Source of the DNA: Paraspadella gotoi
Taxonomy: Eukaryota; Animalia; Chaetognatha
Reading direction: 5' to 3'
Length of the DNA stretch: 64,000 nt
Assembly: GCA_051294375.1 (NCBI GenBank)
Contig: CM119267.1
Location: forward strand, 11,299,865-11,363,864
The position numbers were made by a program, and so were the translations under genes. Numbering within the stretch: the first letter of the stretch is position 1; each line of letters begins with the position of its first letter. Below the pieces are notes generated by a model. That model saw only the letters and a program-made list of their open reading frames with translations. It ran no database searches and had not been told where the DNA came from. Of this stretch, positions 25,795-39,298 are shown piece after piece.

Positions 25795-26526
25795 AGAGAG
25801 AGTAGAGAGAGAGAGAGAGAAGAGAGAGAATAGTGTGCATCGATCGAATCGGTGAAAAAGATCGACTTGTTTATTCACGGTTCTGCGTAAACGCCCCGTC
25901 AATATTTTACGATGGAATTACGAGTTTGACCCTGACTCTCGGAGGAGCGATTTTTTTCCCCCTTTTTTATTTGGATTGGTCAAACTTTGTGGCAGCTTGT
26001 AAGAGCAAACGGAGAGGATCCTTTTAGCGGAGTAAACATGCTGTCCGTGCTAGTTTTCTTTCTCTCTCTCTCTCTCTCCGACCAAGATAAGAGCCTCAAT
26101 TTTTGGATTTCTGACCATTTTCTTCCTTCCCCCTTCTCTTCAAAACTTTTGACGGTCAGGATCTTTAGTTATGATTGGATCGAATTTCTTAAGTCGAAAA
26201 GAAGAAACCGTTCGTCTCTCTCGCTCTCTCGCTCTCTCTCTTTCCCTCTCGCCGTGAAATTGACCAGCATATCGAACGATTAGGGGGTCACGGGGGGGAG
26301 TGAAAGATCACAAGGGGTTAGGGTAATTCATTGTGAGGTCAGGGGGGTGGATGGTTATATTTACCCCCTTCACTCGAAGAACTCGAATACATGCGAATTT
26401 GGTGAACGAGCGAAAATGCCTCGAACGGCCCCGGAGAGTCTCCCGCTGGTTTTCTGGCCGCGGACCGCGGGAAGACCGGGGGTCAGATCTCGGGGGAATC
26501 GGGGAGGGGGTATCTCTCCGTCCCGG

Positions 26527-29184
26527 GGCAATGGGGGATGAAATGGAGAAGAGTTATCCGCCTCCCAGCGACCCTGGCCTTTGGGGAACGCTGATTTTCC
26601 GCATGACTTTTCTCTATCGCAATGGGGATAAAATGGAGAACAAGTATCCCCCTCATCCAGCCCCCTGGCTTTGGGGGAAACGTCTGAATTTTTCCGTGCA
26701 TGCTTTTCTCTTCCGCAATGGGGATGAAAATGGAGAACAGTATCCCCTCCCCAGCCGCCTGGCCTTTTGGGGGGAACGCTTGATTTTCCCCCATTTGACC
26801 TTTTCTTGCTATCGCAATGGGATGAAAAAATGGAGAACAGTATCCCCTCCCAGCCCCTGTGCCCTTTGGGGAACGTGATTTCCCATGACTTTTCTCTATC
26901 GCAATGGGATGTAAAAATGGAGAACAGTATCCCCTCCCAGCCCCCTGGCCTTTGGGGGAATACGCTGTTTTCCATGACCTCTTTTCTAATCGCATATGGG
27001 GATGAAAAATGGAGAAACAGTATCTCCCTCCAGCCCCGGCCTTGGTGGGAACGCGATTTTCCCATTGACTTTTCTCTATCGCAAGGGATTGAAAATGGAG
27101 ACGTAATCAGTACCCTCCAGCCAGCCCCCTGGCTTTGGGGGAACGCATGATTTCCCATGATTTCTCTATCGCAATGGGGAATGAAAAATGGAGAACAGTA
27201 CCCTCCCAAGCGCCCCTGGCCTTTGTGGGAACGCTGGATTTTCCCATGACTTATTCTCTATCGCAATGGGATGAAAAATGGAGAACAGTATCCCCTCCAG
27301 CCCCCTGGCCTTTGGGGGAGACGCTGATTTTCCCATGACTTTTCTCTATCGCAATGGGGATGTAAAATGGAGAAACAGTATCCCCTCCCAGCCCCCTGGC
27401 CTTTGGGGGAACGCTGATTTTCCCGATGACTTTTCTCTATCGCAATGGGGATGAAAAATGGAGAACAGTATCCGCCTCCCAGCGCCCCTGGCCTTTGGGG
27501 AACGCTGATTTTCCCATGACTTTTCTCTATCGATGGGGATGAAAAATGGAGAACAGTATCCCTCCCAGCCCCCTGGCTTTGGGGGAACGCTGATTTTCCC
27601 ATGACTTTTCTCTATCGCAATGGGGATGAAAAATGGAGAACAGTATCCCTCCCCAGCCCCCTGGCCTTTGGGGAACGCTGATTTTCCCATGACTTTTCTC
27701 TATCGCAATGGGGATGAAAAATGGAGAACAGTATCCGCCTCCCAGCCCCCTGGCCTTTGAGGGACGCTGATTTTCCCATGACTTTTCTCTATCGCAATGG
27801 GGATGAAAAATGGAGAACAGTATCCCTCCCCAGCCCCTGCCTTTGGGGGAACGCTGATTTTCCCATACTTTTCTCTATCGCAATGGGGATGAAAAATGGA
27901 GAACAGTATCCCTCCCAGCCCCCTGGCCTTGGGAACGCTGATTTTCCCATGACTTTTCTCTATCGCAATGGGATGAAAATGGAGAACAGTATCCCCTCCC
28001 AGCCCCCTGGCCTTTGGGGACGCTGATTTTCCCATGACTTTTCTCTATCGCAATGGGGATGAAAAATGGAGAACAGTATCCCTCCCAGCCCCTGGCCTTT
28101 GGGGGAACGCTGATTTTCCCATGACTTTTCCTCTATCGCAATGGGGAATGAAAAATGGAGAACAGTATCCCCTCCCAGCCCCCTGGCCTTTGGGGGAACG
28201 CTGATTTTCCCATGACTTTTCTTCTATCGCAATGGGGATGAAAAATGGAGAACAGTATCCCCTCCCAGCCCCCTGGCCTTGGGGGAAACGCTGATTTCCC
28301 ATACTTTTTCTCTATCGCAATGTGGGATGAAAATGGAGAACAGTATCCCTCCCAGCCCCCTGGCCTTTGGGGAACGCTGATTTTCCCATGACTTTTTCTC
28401 TATCGCAATGGGGATGAAAAATGGAGAACAGTATCCCCTCCAGCCCCCTGGCCTTTGGGGAACGCTGATTTTCCCATGACTTTTCTCTATCGCAATGGGG
28501 ATGAAAAATGGAGAACAGTATCCCCTCCCAGCCCCTGGCCTTTGGGGAACGCTGATTTTCCCATGACTTTTCTCTATCGCAATGGGGATGAAAAATGGAG
28601 AACAGTATCCCCTCCCAGCCCCCCGGTGGTGGCCTTTGGGGGAACGCTGATTTTTCCCATGACTTTTCTTCTATCGCAATGGGGATGAAAATGGAGAACA
28701 GTATCCCCTCCCAGCCCCCTGGCCTTTGGGGGAACGCTGATTTTCCATGACTTTCTCTATCGCAAGGGGATGAAAAATGGGAACAGTATCCCTCCCAGCC
28801 CCCTGGCCTGAGGGACGCTGATTTTCCCATGACTTTTCTCTATCGCAATGGGGATGAAAAATGGAGAACAGTATCCCCTCCCAGCCCCTGGCCTTTGGGG
28901 AACGCTGATTTTCCCATGACTTTTCTCTATCGCAATGGGGATGAAAAATGGAGAAACAGTATCCCTCCAGCCCCCTGGCCTTTGGGGAACGCTGATTTCC
29001 CAGACTTTTCTCTATCGCAATGGGGATGAAAAGGAGACAGTATCCTCCCAGCCCCTGGCCTTCGGGAACGCTGATTTTCCCATGACTTTTCTCTATCGCA
29101 ATGGGGAGAAAAATGGAGAACAGTATCCCGTCCCAGCCCCTGGCTTTCGGGAACGCTGATTTTCCCATGACTTTTCTCTATCGC
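26527..29184. repeat. Tandem satellite, ~89-bp unit, about 30 copies
   Basis: Unit CTATCGCAATGGGGATGAAAAATGGAGAACAGTATCCCCTCCCAGCCCCCTGGCCTTTGGGGGAACGCTGATTTTCCCATGACTTTTCT, repeated head to tail without spacers. Confidence 0.98.
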
Positions 29185-29829
29185 TTAAAGGAAAAAACCA
29201 GGCGGCTTTTTTTTTTTTTTTTTGGGCAGAGATAATTCAAGAAAGCGGATCTCACCGCCGAGGCGAACTGATTTTCCGTCGTGAAGACAACAAATTCGAG
29301 AAAGGGTGGGATGAAGAAGCGATCTGGCCGACGAGGTTCTTGAAGCTGAGAAAGGAAAACTAGGACATTAGTAGGACATTTGGGTCCAGTTAGCAAAAAA
29401 AAGCGTTGATTGCTTCTCAACAAATGCTTTAGCAACTGGCTAAAACGAGGAGCGAATTTAATGCTTCCTGCCACTCGATTATCCTGAAACGCTCGACCCA
29501 GAGAGCCGATGCACCTTTAGAGGGGTGGCGCTCTAATCGGGACACGAAAGTGTAAATATCGAGTTCCGTTAACCAATTGCCACCCGTCTATCTTTTACTT
29601 TGTTACATTTTGTTTTTTTATCTGTTGTTGACATAGCTTATTTTTATCCCTGAGAAGGAATTTACTTTTGTCTTTCTTCCTCTCCCATTTCGCCACCTCA
29701 ATCAAACTCGTCCTCTCTGGCGCCAGCGGGGACTTCCGGTATCCCGGACGCCGAGCCGCGCCCCCCCCTGGAGTCTGAATCGACGGGATTTATTAGTCGC
29801 GATCTTGGAAGTCGACTTGTCCTTTTACC

Positions 29830-29867
<38 letters not shown>

Positions 29868-30537
29868 CGAATTTTGTTTCCTCGGTGTCACGCTGTGGAC
29901 TTTCACCGTGGCATTTCTCGAGTTATCCGATATCCTTCCAGTATATTTTTCTTTTTCCTCGAGCTCGGACGAATTTCGCCCGACTTATATTCGGCATGAG
30001 CCGTTTCCCGTACATTTTATTTATTCGAAATTTGTTTGTTGTTTAAATTTCAAAAATTAAAAATTGGTACTCAACTAAATGATATTCATATTGATAGGTA
30101 ATAAATCACCAAACATGAAATTGGTTTATGTAAATCAATCGAATCCGCTTAAAAATGATGTCAATTTTTTTTTTAATTAAAAGCAAATTTCGTTTTGACG
30201 CTAACGGCGTGGGTCTCCACAATGAAATCGTCGGGAGTCGTTGGATTAAACCGACATTTTGGGTCATCGACGGCGACTATTAAGATAAAGAGATTCGATC
30301 GTCGACTTCAAAGTCGGAATTGAGGAAATCCTTTTTACTCAGATGCAAAAATCTCATTCCGATCCAAGTCGTCGTCGTCCTCCAGTCTTTGATCAACTCC
30401 GTCGCGTCTATTTGCATCCGTCATCTCAAAATTAGCCTTTCAATTTGAGACTTTATCGAAGATACAATCCAATCAACAGGCTTATTTTTTTTTTCTTTTT
30501 CACACTCACACTCTCTCTTTCTTTCTTACTCTCTCTT

Positions 30538-30576
<39 letters not shown>

Positions 30577-32508
30577 AAACCTTTTTTCCATTTTAAATAG
30601 AATTAATTTCTTTATCTGTTGCATCGAAGAGGTTTTTCCCAAGCTTTTCCCTTGCGATAACGAAGGAGGGTACAGGGTGAGGAAAAAGAAAATAAAAAGA
30701 AGGGGGCGCGGGGGGATTTCGAAAGCTAAAAAGGCGGGAAGAGTTTAAATTATATTTTAAAAAAAAATCTTCAAATCATTAATAAAATTGGAGAAAAAAA
30801 AAAAGAACCAAAAAATCCATTAAAATTCAATCGCGGGGAAATCGAAAAGTATAAATCTTTTTTTTTCAAAGTTTGACAAGAGAAGTGAATATCTCAAAGT
30901 GAATGTGAAAGAGATTCGGAGGTGTTGTGGGTGAAACAGGAAGGATGGTGAATAACGATGAAAAACCGAATGGGGGGGCGGTGATGAATCACAGATTCAG
31001 CAAACGGTGAGAGAGTGAAGTGAGTTATGTGATCCCGTTTAATGTAAATTCGAAGCGAGGAACGGACTCAACGGGAATTCAAGGTCATCGCCCAAAGGTG
31101 AAGAAAAAATCGAGCTATCTATTAGGAGGGGGGGGGGAAAGAGAGAAGGGTGGGGGAACGGAGAGAAAAACCCGGCTGGTAAAATTAATGGGGAAAGAAA
31201 TTGTGATAATTAACGATTAATGACGGGAACTTTGCGAAAGAGAAGAGAGAGATCGGGCAAAGGTCGACAGTTACGCTCGCCAAAATATGTAAAAAAAAAA
31301 ACAACTTTCGATGAATTAGATTTTTATATTTCGTGACGATGAATCACGAAGAGAAATCCCGGACCCGAATCACCGGCGGACCTCCCGAGAGAATCATTCT
31401 TTTCACGGTGACGAATCGACGCAGGCTCTTGACAACAACAACAACAACATAAAACTTTCGTGAGAAGTCGTTTGTGGCAGACGAAAGAAAGCTGTTCTAA
31501 GACTAAGAGAAAAAGAGTCGCAACGAAAGATTAAAAATAAAATTGGAGCCTCGCGAAAAGATTGATGGGGAGAGAGGCGAATCAACACCCAAATGGGCAG
31601 ACGGGAGAAAGAAAGAACGGAAAACTTCAAAAAACTTTAAAAAATGACGTTTCTGTTTTAAGGGTGATTTACGATGGATAAATAGAATGTATATCTTTTT
31701 TAAAAAAAATAGAAACGATCTGATTTAATGGCGGCAGTTCAAAAATCAGCAGATGTATTTCCTTGAACATAAGCTTCGCGTAATAAAGACTTTAAAAACT
31801 GAGTTTGATTTTTAGAATATTTAGATAAAGTACATGAAGCGAGGCGGTTATAAATTCTAAAAGAAAATTCGACGCAAAGAAAAGTAAACAAAAAAAAGAC
31901 GGGGCTATTTTTTATAATTTGATTCGACACGAAATATAGATGCTATAAACTAAAAAGATGCAGAAAAAAAAATGAAGTCTGCGATTATGATTATGAAGAA
32001 TTATTTTTCTTACCTCAATTTGATAATCGGCGGTCCGAAACGAAGTTGTTTTCCTCAAAGTCATAAGCGCTCCGATGAGTTTTTTTTTTAGATGAGCAAT
32101 TAACGAGAATAGTTGTTGTAATATCTTTAGTTTATTTATATAATATCTTTAGTTTATTTATTTCGCTTTTTACATTTCTTCGAATTATCGAATTATTTTA
32201 TCGAATTCATTTCCGTGAAAACTGAAGAAGAGAAAATTTTGGAATTTGTTATCGCGAATGGAAATCGGAGCAAGAGAAATTCTGATTCCGCCAGTTGCCG
32301 ATGCGGCCGAGAGTGACAGATAGAGACAGAGAGAGAGAGAGAAAGAGTGACTAATCGATCCGGCCAGATTGAGAACGAGAGACACGCATCGGCAGAGAGA
32401 AAGTAGGGAGAGTGATAGAACGAGAACGAGAGCGAGAGCGAGAGCGAGAGTGAATTCCTGAAAAACCCCAAGTGAGCGACGAAATTCGTGGCCCGCGACC
32501 CCGGACTT

Positions 32509-32554
<46 letters not shown>

Positions 32555-34780
32555 GAAGAGAGATTAACAGCCGGCGACTTGAGGAAAACGACGACGACTA
32601 CGACAACGAAGAAGAAAACAAAGACAATGACGATGGCGATGACGACGATGGCGAAGACGACAAAGACGAACATAAAGAAACTGGAGTTCGTCGATTAGAT
32701 TTCGCTGAGATGAACAAATTTCGCCTTCAGCGAGTCCACGATAAAAGAAAGAAAGAAGAAAAAATAAGAAAAAAAAGAAACAAAGAAATAAACAGAAAAC
32801 AAGAAAAGGAGGAAACTAAAACAAAGTAATCGATGCAAGAAACAAAGAACTTTTTTTTTTTAAACCTGTAAATAAACGAGAATCAAAGAAATAAGATGAG
32901 ACGAATGAAACAGGGATAAAATAACAAAATTAAATACTAGCACGCGAGAGAAAGATAAATAAAGACTGGAATTACAGTATCCGCAAAAATGTAAAGAAAC
33001 AAAGACAAAACCGAATTTCTAAATTTATATATTAAAAAAAAAAACCACACAAAAAGAAAGAAAAAAAGATTTGGGCTCAGGATTCGAACCCGCGACGCCG
33101 CGGGCCAGTCTTGGAGCGGTATAGGACGGCTGGTCTTTGAGAGGAAGATTATTATAGTAATTATAGCGGAGAGGAGAGGAGGGTAAAGAGAGAACCGGCC
33201 AGGGAGATTGGGGGGGGGGTTAGAGATTTGCTTGGAGCGCGTGGCTTTGGAATTACGACACCGATGAGGCTTTTCTTTTTTCTCCTTCGGCAAATCACGT
33301 GGCAGTAACAGCATCCAAGAGTTAATATAGGAATAAACGTTGTTCGGTCGGTCTGTCACGTCATAAAGAATTCAATAAGACGGGTTAAAAGTGATAAGAT
33401 GTATGAGTAATGTAAAATTCGTGAGAGGATTTGCCAGGCGTGAGTCTGGAGTGAATAACGAGATTCTGCGTGGGCCCACTTCACAAATTACGCGAATGGT
33501 CGATAGGGTGGGCGGCGACGACAACAACAAAGACGATAACGAAGACGACAAAAAACTAGACAAAGACGAAAGACCAAAGACGAAAGACGAAGAGGCACGA
33601 TGATGTCCAATAAAAAGACGATGAAGAAAACGAACGCGATGTCCAAAAATTAACCAAAAAATGCCAAGGATTAAAAAATGTTGAGCCAAGAATAATTTCC
33701 AAAGGCAAGTCTTAGACAATCTGCAAGAAAGAAAATTTCAAATTTAGTTCTTGAGCTTGAAAAAAAAAGGGAGGAAGAAATCCAAATCCGAAGGCAAACT
33801 TTGAAAAAAAAAAGTAAGAAATGGTTTGTTGACACTTTTTTTGTTTTTTCCTTCCTTTAAAGACGACGACAATGACGACGACTACGACTACGAAGACGAC
33901 GACGAGAACTCCAGATTTTGATATTCGTTTATTATGAATTAAAACGAGAAGGGGGAATTTTCTAAAGGCCAAAGAATGAGTCAGATTTGTGAAAAAAAGG
34001 GTTTTATGTTCAAGGACTCGATACGCGATAGGAGGTTCTCGTGAGGGAAAGTGGGTGGAAGGGCGAGAGAATAAAGGTGAAAATATATTAAGGCTGGTGC
34101 AGGGTGGTGTCTGCCGAAGCAAAGAAGATCCTGAATATTTCGTGGGCATTGGACCTTGAATGATTCGTATTAAACTTTCTCAGGTTTCGAAGTTGAAAAC
34201 AAGTAACACAAATAAAGGCACCTGTTTCATTTAAAAATTTTCTATTCAATTTATCGATTATTAATATTTCAGATGAGTTTAATTGTATTTCTTGATGAAT
34301 TTTTATCTGGAAAAAAACTTTGGAAACCCTTGAACGTTAAGCATATTTAATTGATTTTTTTCAAGTGTAATATTTTCACCAGATAACGTTTTTTTACATT
34401 GTAAACTTTTTTAATTCCTGATTCTTTTGTTCGATTTCACGATCGAATTCAAAAACCCAACAATGACGATTCACATCATGCTTCGACTTGCCCAAGATTT
34501 TCTTCGTTCGGGTCTGCGCAGGTGCTCACAAATTTGATCCTCATCTTCATCCCGACTTTCTCGTTTCGGCTCACCGAACATGCCCGAACTCGGCTCTTCG
34601 AAGTGTAACAAAATGAAAATTCCTGGCCCGAATTTAATATGATTCCCATGAGTGTTTCAAGTCATTAATGAAAGTACTGTGGCATTTTTTAGCGCTAGAT
34701 GTCCTCTAAGCCGCAATTCAAACTTAACTTTTCCTTTTAATTTAATAATTAGCTCAAAAATTATTGCGATGACCTTAAAG

Positions 34781-34852
<72 letters not shown>

Positions 34853-34977
34853 GCGGACGACGAGCCGAGACGATAGTTCCCTCGGAAATGTTTAGATTGT
34901 TGATAATCTACAATTTTTTTTTCGAGCGAAAATTCTAAAAAAATTTTGTAAAAGAGTTATACGAAAAAATCGGCGAA

Positions 34978-36478
34978 ATGTCAAAATATGTGTTTGTTTT
35001 GCTTGTTTTCGTCTTTTCACGCGCTCTGGGTGAGTTCAACGAAAGTTATATTTCTTTATGAATATGTATGTTTATTTTATTAAATAATCTCTGAATTTTC
35101 CAGGCGAAGACTCGTCGGGAAACGAAGAGTGCCAGGGTGAGTGACGAAATTTTTGTCGTTTGGCGCAGAGAAATTTACAAAAGGCACGACGTTATTTGCT
35201 AAAAAAATCAAATTTTCATTAATTTCCTATTTCTTATTCTCATTTTCAATCATTTCAAAAAATTCCCCAGCATCCCTGAACGAGAATGGATCTGACCTAG
35301 AGGGAAGTGGAGGTTGGTCGTTGATCCAGAGGCACAACTTTACCTTCAGGGAAACTAAATTTGCCAACGGTTCTTGGCAGGATTATAAGTTGGGCTTCGG
35401 GAGAGGAGACGGGTAAGAAATATCCCAGTCGCCGGCACCGTGACTGAAAACAAACTTACAATTTTTATTTATGATTCATTCAAATCTAAAAAAAAACCCT
35501 TTGACTCATCAATTTTCTAAACTGATTCGTTCTTCAACGTCATTTCCTTTAGCAAGGCCTTCTGGCTGGGCCTAGAGACCCTTCACACCCTGACGTCGAC
35601 GGGTCGTTGGAAAATGCGCGTTAAGATCAAGTACGACCGCCTGTACGACTGGGAGCCGGATCCTCGCAAGGGCACGTGGGGCGTCGGGATATGGTCAGAG
35701 TTCTACGTGGGTTCGGAGGAGGACAAGTACAAGCTTCACATCGGTCGTCGAAGTTGCCGGAGAAACATGGGACCTAAGGATCCGTTCATGTAAGTAGAGA
35801 AAAAAATTACGAGAATATTAGGGTAAATGCTTAACCAACTTTGCTTTGCAGTGCATTTTGAAAATTACTGCCTTCTAGCAGAATAAATATCTGATAGTCT
35901 GGAACTGATTCTTTTTATATATACCAGATAAAAATACTTAAAATGTACTTAAAATACTTAAATTAAAACAGTTGAAAAATGTTATATCTCTTCATCGAGA
36001 GTCTTGATTAGAAGCTTTCCGGCCATATTATCCAACGTGATGAGGCAAGATAGCTTGTTTATTAAATCAACGAATAATTTTATAGTAGAAACGATGAAAA
36101 ATATCTGGAAAGAGCAGATTGTGTTGGTCCCTGAGACAGAGTATATCCAAAACTATCAGAAAATTACTTTTTCTCTCCCACCCTCCTCCTCCTCCTCCTC
36201 CTCCTCCTCACCTCAGCCGCCACAACGGCAAACCTTTCTCTTCGCTCGACGTGGACAACGACGGTTTCCAGGACAAGTTCGAGCCTTGCGCCGTGGTCCA
36301 GGCAGGCGGATGGTGGTTCGGCGACTGCAGCAACGTCTGCCTCAACTGCAGCCCCTGGGCCGATTGGAGGTTCATCTGGATGGACACGCCCAGGAGGAGG
36401 TTCGCCTTTCCCGAGTTCGCCTCTATGGAGATCAAAAAAGTGGAGGAAGATCGGGGAGAAGCGGAGGCTGAAGATTGA
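34978..36478 (+). CDS. Secreted fibrinogen-related domain protein (FReD); 5 exons: 34978-35029, 35104-35136, 35271-35412, 35553-35789, 36217-36478
   Basis: Signal peptide MSKYVFVLLVFVFSRALG; GGWSLIQRH, WQDYKLGFG, FWLGLETLHTLT, HNGKPFSSLDVDND, GGWWFGDCSNVCLN; all splice phases are consistent. Confidence 0.93.
35997..36080 (+). mobile_element. Internally deleted copy of the twister-bearing repeat found at 47.7 kb
   Basis: Shares GAGTCTTGATT..AAGCTT, TTATC..GTGATG and GGCAAGATAGCTT.TTTATTAAAT with 47727-47843. Confidence 0.7.
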
Positions 36479-37310
36479 ATATAGAGAAGGAAGAATGTGG
36501 GAGAGCGTTGGTAATTAGACAAGTTAAAGTTACTTTGCTTTTATGTATGTAAAATACATACATATTTCTGTAAATAGATTTTTTTTAATTACTGGACTGA
36601 CTTTTTGTTCCAGAATACAAGAGATAAATTTTTTTCTACGAGATTATTTAGGGCTCATTGAAAGTAAAAAGAATGTGATTATTCGCAAACTGAAAATCAA
36701 AATGATTTGTTGTCCTTTTATTTTCTCGATTAATACGTGCTCTTCACTTCAGTTGTTCCAATTTTCAGCAAGACTATTGCTTGAGAGTAATCGTATATGC
36801 GGTGGGGGGTTCTTTCTCTATCTTTCTCTTGAACTTTTGTCCTCAACTTTGACTTTATGACTCTTTTCCTCTTTTTACTCTCATTCTTTCTCGCTTTCTT
36901 TCTCTCTTTTGACCCATTTTTTTACTTTTTTGTGTCTGTTTTTCTCGCATTTAAATGAACTATGGTTAAGCAATGTTAACCGAAATTTATTGCTCAGTTA
37001 AAAATAATATGCGTTTTTCTCATAACACGATTTTAATCACTAATCAACAAGACCAGTTTACATATACGATGAACCATCTCCAAACAAAAAAGACCCATTT
37101 GACCTCGGTTCCGAACGGAATTCCGTTTCGTCAAATCTGTCGCGCCAGAGTCTCTGGCAGACGCGCGAAGGATTTTCAAATCCTGAAGGTTCCATCTCGA
37201 GTGAAAGAGAACGGAAATTTCCGGGAAACGATTTCTTTGTGGGGAGACCTTTTGACGCGTTTCGTGATATAAGTTAAATAAAGAAAAAAAGGGGAGACAG
37301 ATGGCGAGGA

Positions 37311-37437
<127 letters not shown>

Positions 37438-38094
37438 CTTTTTCGTCCTTTCTCCTCTCGTTGGTGTGAGGCTTCATTGGATCGAGGGATCGAGTTGATT
37501 GATTCATTGTGTCCCTCGCGACTCAATGGACGAAGTGTTGGTCGCGGTGGTGAGGGATGGGGTGATCAGAAAGCGGTAATGCCAGCATGCCGACGCGGTT
37601 GATGAGGAGCGCCTTGAGGCAAAGAAAAGGTGGTTTATTGGGTGAAGGATAAAGTTGAATGTTATGTTGAGTTGAGTTGAGTTCCTTTTGTTAACTAACA
37701 TAATAAAATTAAAAATTAAACAACTTATTCGAGCATTAAAAAAAAACTGGTCGAATATTGATCTAGATTTTCGTCGATGACGAAGACATCAACGCCGACG
37801 GCGATTTCGACTCCAGCTAAATTTCCAGTCATCCGGAAAAGCAACAAGAGAAACGACTGCTTTTTTGCTTCAATAAAGAAAAATGACATTTTAGATTTCT
37901 ACTTGAATAAAAACTTTATAGTTTTCGATATACATACAAAAAAAATCGTTCACGTTCGTTTGAGTGTCCAACTGCCCAATAACGCCATCTGGAGGCTCTT
38001 AAGTGACGCGCGCTATTTTTGCCACTCGAACGCCGTTTAGAGGCAGCGAAAAAAAACCTTTCGGCCAACTTCGAGTTTCGTGTCCGTGCATCTT

Positions 38095-38125
<31 letters not shown>

Positions 38126-38889
38126 GTCCGGCGGTTGCGGCGAATTAATCCTTAAAAGGATTCCGGATCGACGTTTTCGGTGTAGCAGGGTTTCTTCGGG
38201 TTTGAGTTTGCAGAATCCACACAGTTCCAGGCAAAAAAGTGCCATTGAAAGGGATTCCATTATCAACCGGAGTGAGCAGCAAGGTTACGCCCGACTGGAG
38301 TGGCTCGTGCGAGTGACACGCCCCTCACTGAGAGCCGCAGCCTCTTCGAAGACGACGACGATGACGACCACAACGACGACTATGTCAACGACCCAGATGA
38401 CGATTACGAGGACGACGAAGACGACGTACAAAGACACACATCGTGGTTGATAAGACGATGTCACGTCGAAGAAAAAACCCTTTCGCCGGCGAACGCCCTA
38501 CTTTTTTAGGTGGAACCGACATCGGAGATGATTGGAACCAGAAAAAGATGAGGAAGAAGAGGAAAAAGATGAGAGGACGGATCAAGAGGATTTCGGAAGA
38601 AGATGAAAGAGATGAGATTATAGATGGTGAAAGTAAGAAAGGATAATGAAAGGTGAGATGGTAGTATAATTGTAATTTTGACTAATAACAGGAGGGGTTA
38701 AATAACTAAAATGATCCTCATATTCAAATAATTTGATTAATACTGATTAGAATATCATTAGAGGGAAAATTGATTATTTTACAATTATTTGTACATTGTA
38801 ATAGGTTTTTTAAGAAAATCTATCACGTCACCCACTTAGGTTTGGAAAAAAAATCGATTATTCAAAGTACATTTGAGAGAGAGAGAGAG

Positions 38890-38925
<36 letters not shown>

Positions 38926-39298
38926 TTAGATCATGAGGCAGCTGGATTTAATCTCTTAATGGCGTCGAAGAGTGAGTTTTGTTTACGATGGTTTATCGCG
39001 ATTTTATCGTTGGGCGTCTTGTAACTCTTTTGGAAAATTGTGAGTAAGAAGTAGAGCAAAACAGAAAAAAGGTTGTTTTATTTAAATTAAAGTACGTGAG
39101 ATGAATCATGGAAAGGAAAATATTAATCTATTAATGCAAATCTTTCAAGTAAACAAAAAATCGTTAAAAAATATATGGATTTGAATTTTTTAAAAATTGA
39201 ACCAAAACTTCTCAAAAAAGAAAAAAAAAATAAATAAAAATTAAAAAATAACACTTATTTCTTTAAATAACATAGTTAAAGTAAAAAAAAAAATTCAT

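Noticed and set aside
26527-29184. CRISPR array or repeat-protein ORFs
   Set aside because: No unique spacers, no cas genes, eukaryotic context; the unit is not a multiple of 3 and ORFs occur in all frames
33065-33140. tRNA gene on the minus strand (perfect B-box GGTTCGAATCC)
   Set aside because: No A-box or cloverleaf; at most a SINE or tRNA relic
38250-38650. Acidic exon-like segment
   Set aside because: Trinucleotide-rich with no consistent spliced ORF or recognisable motif
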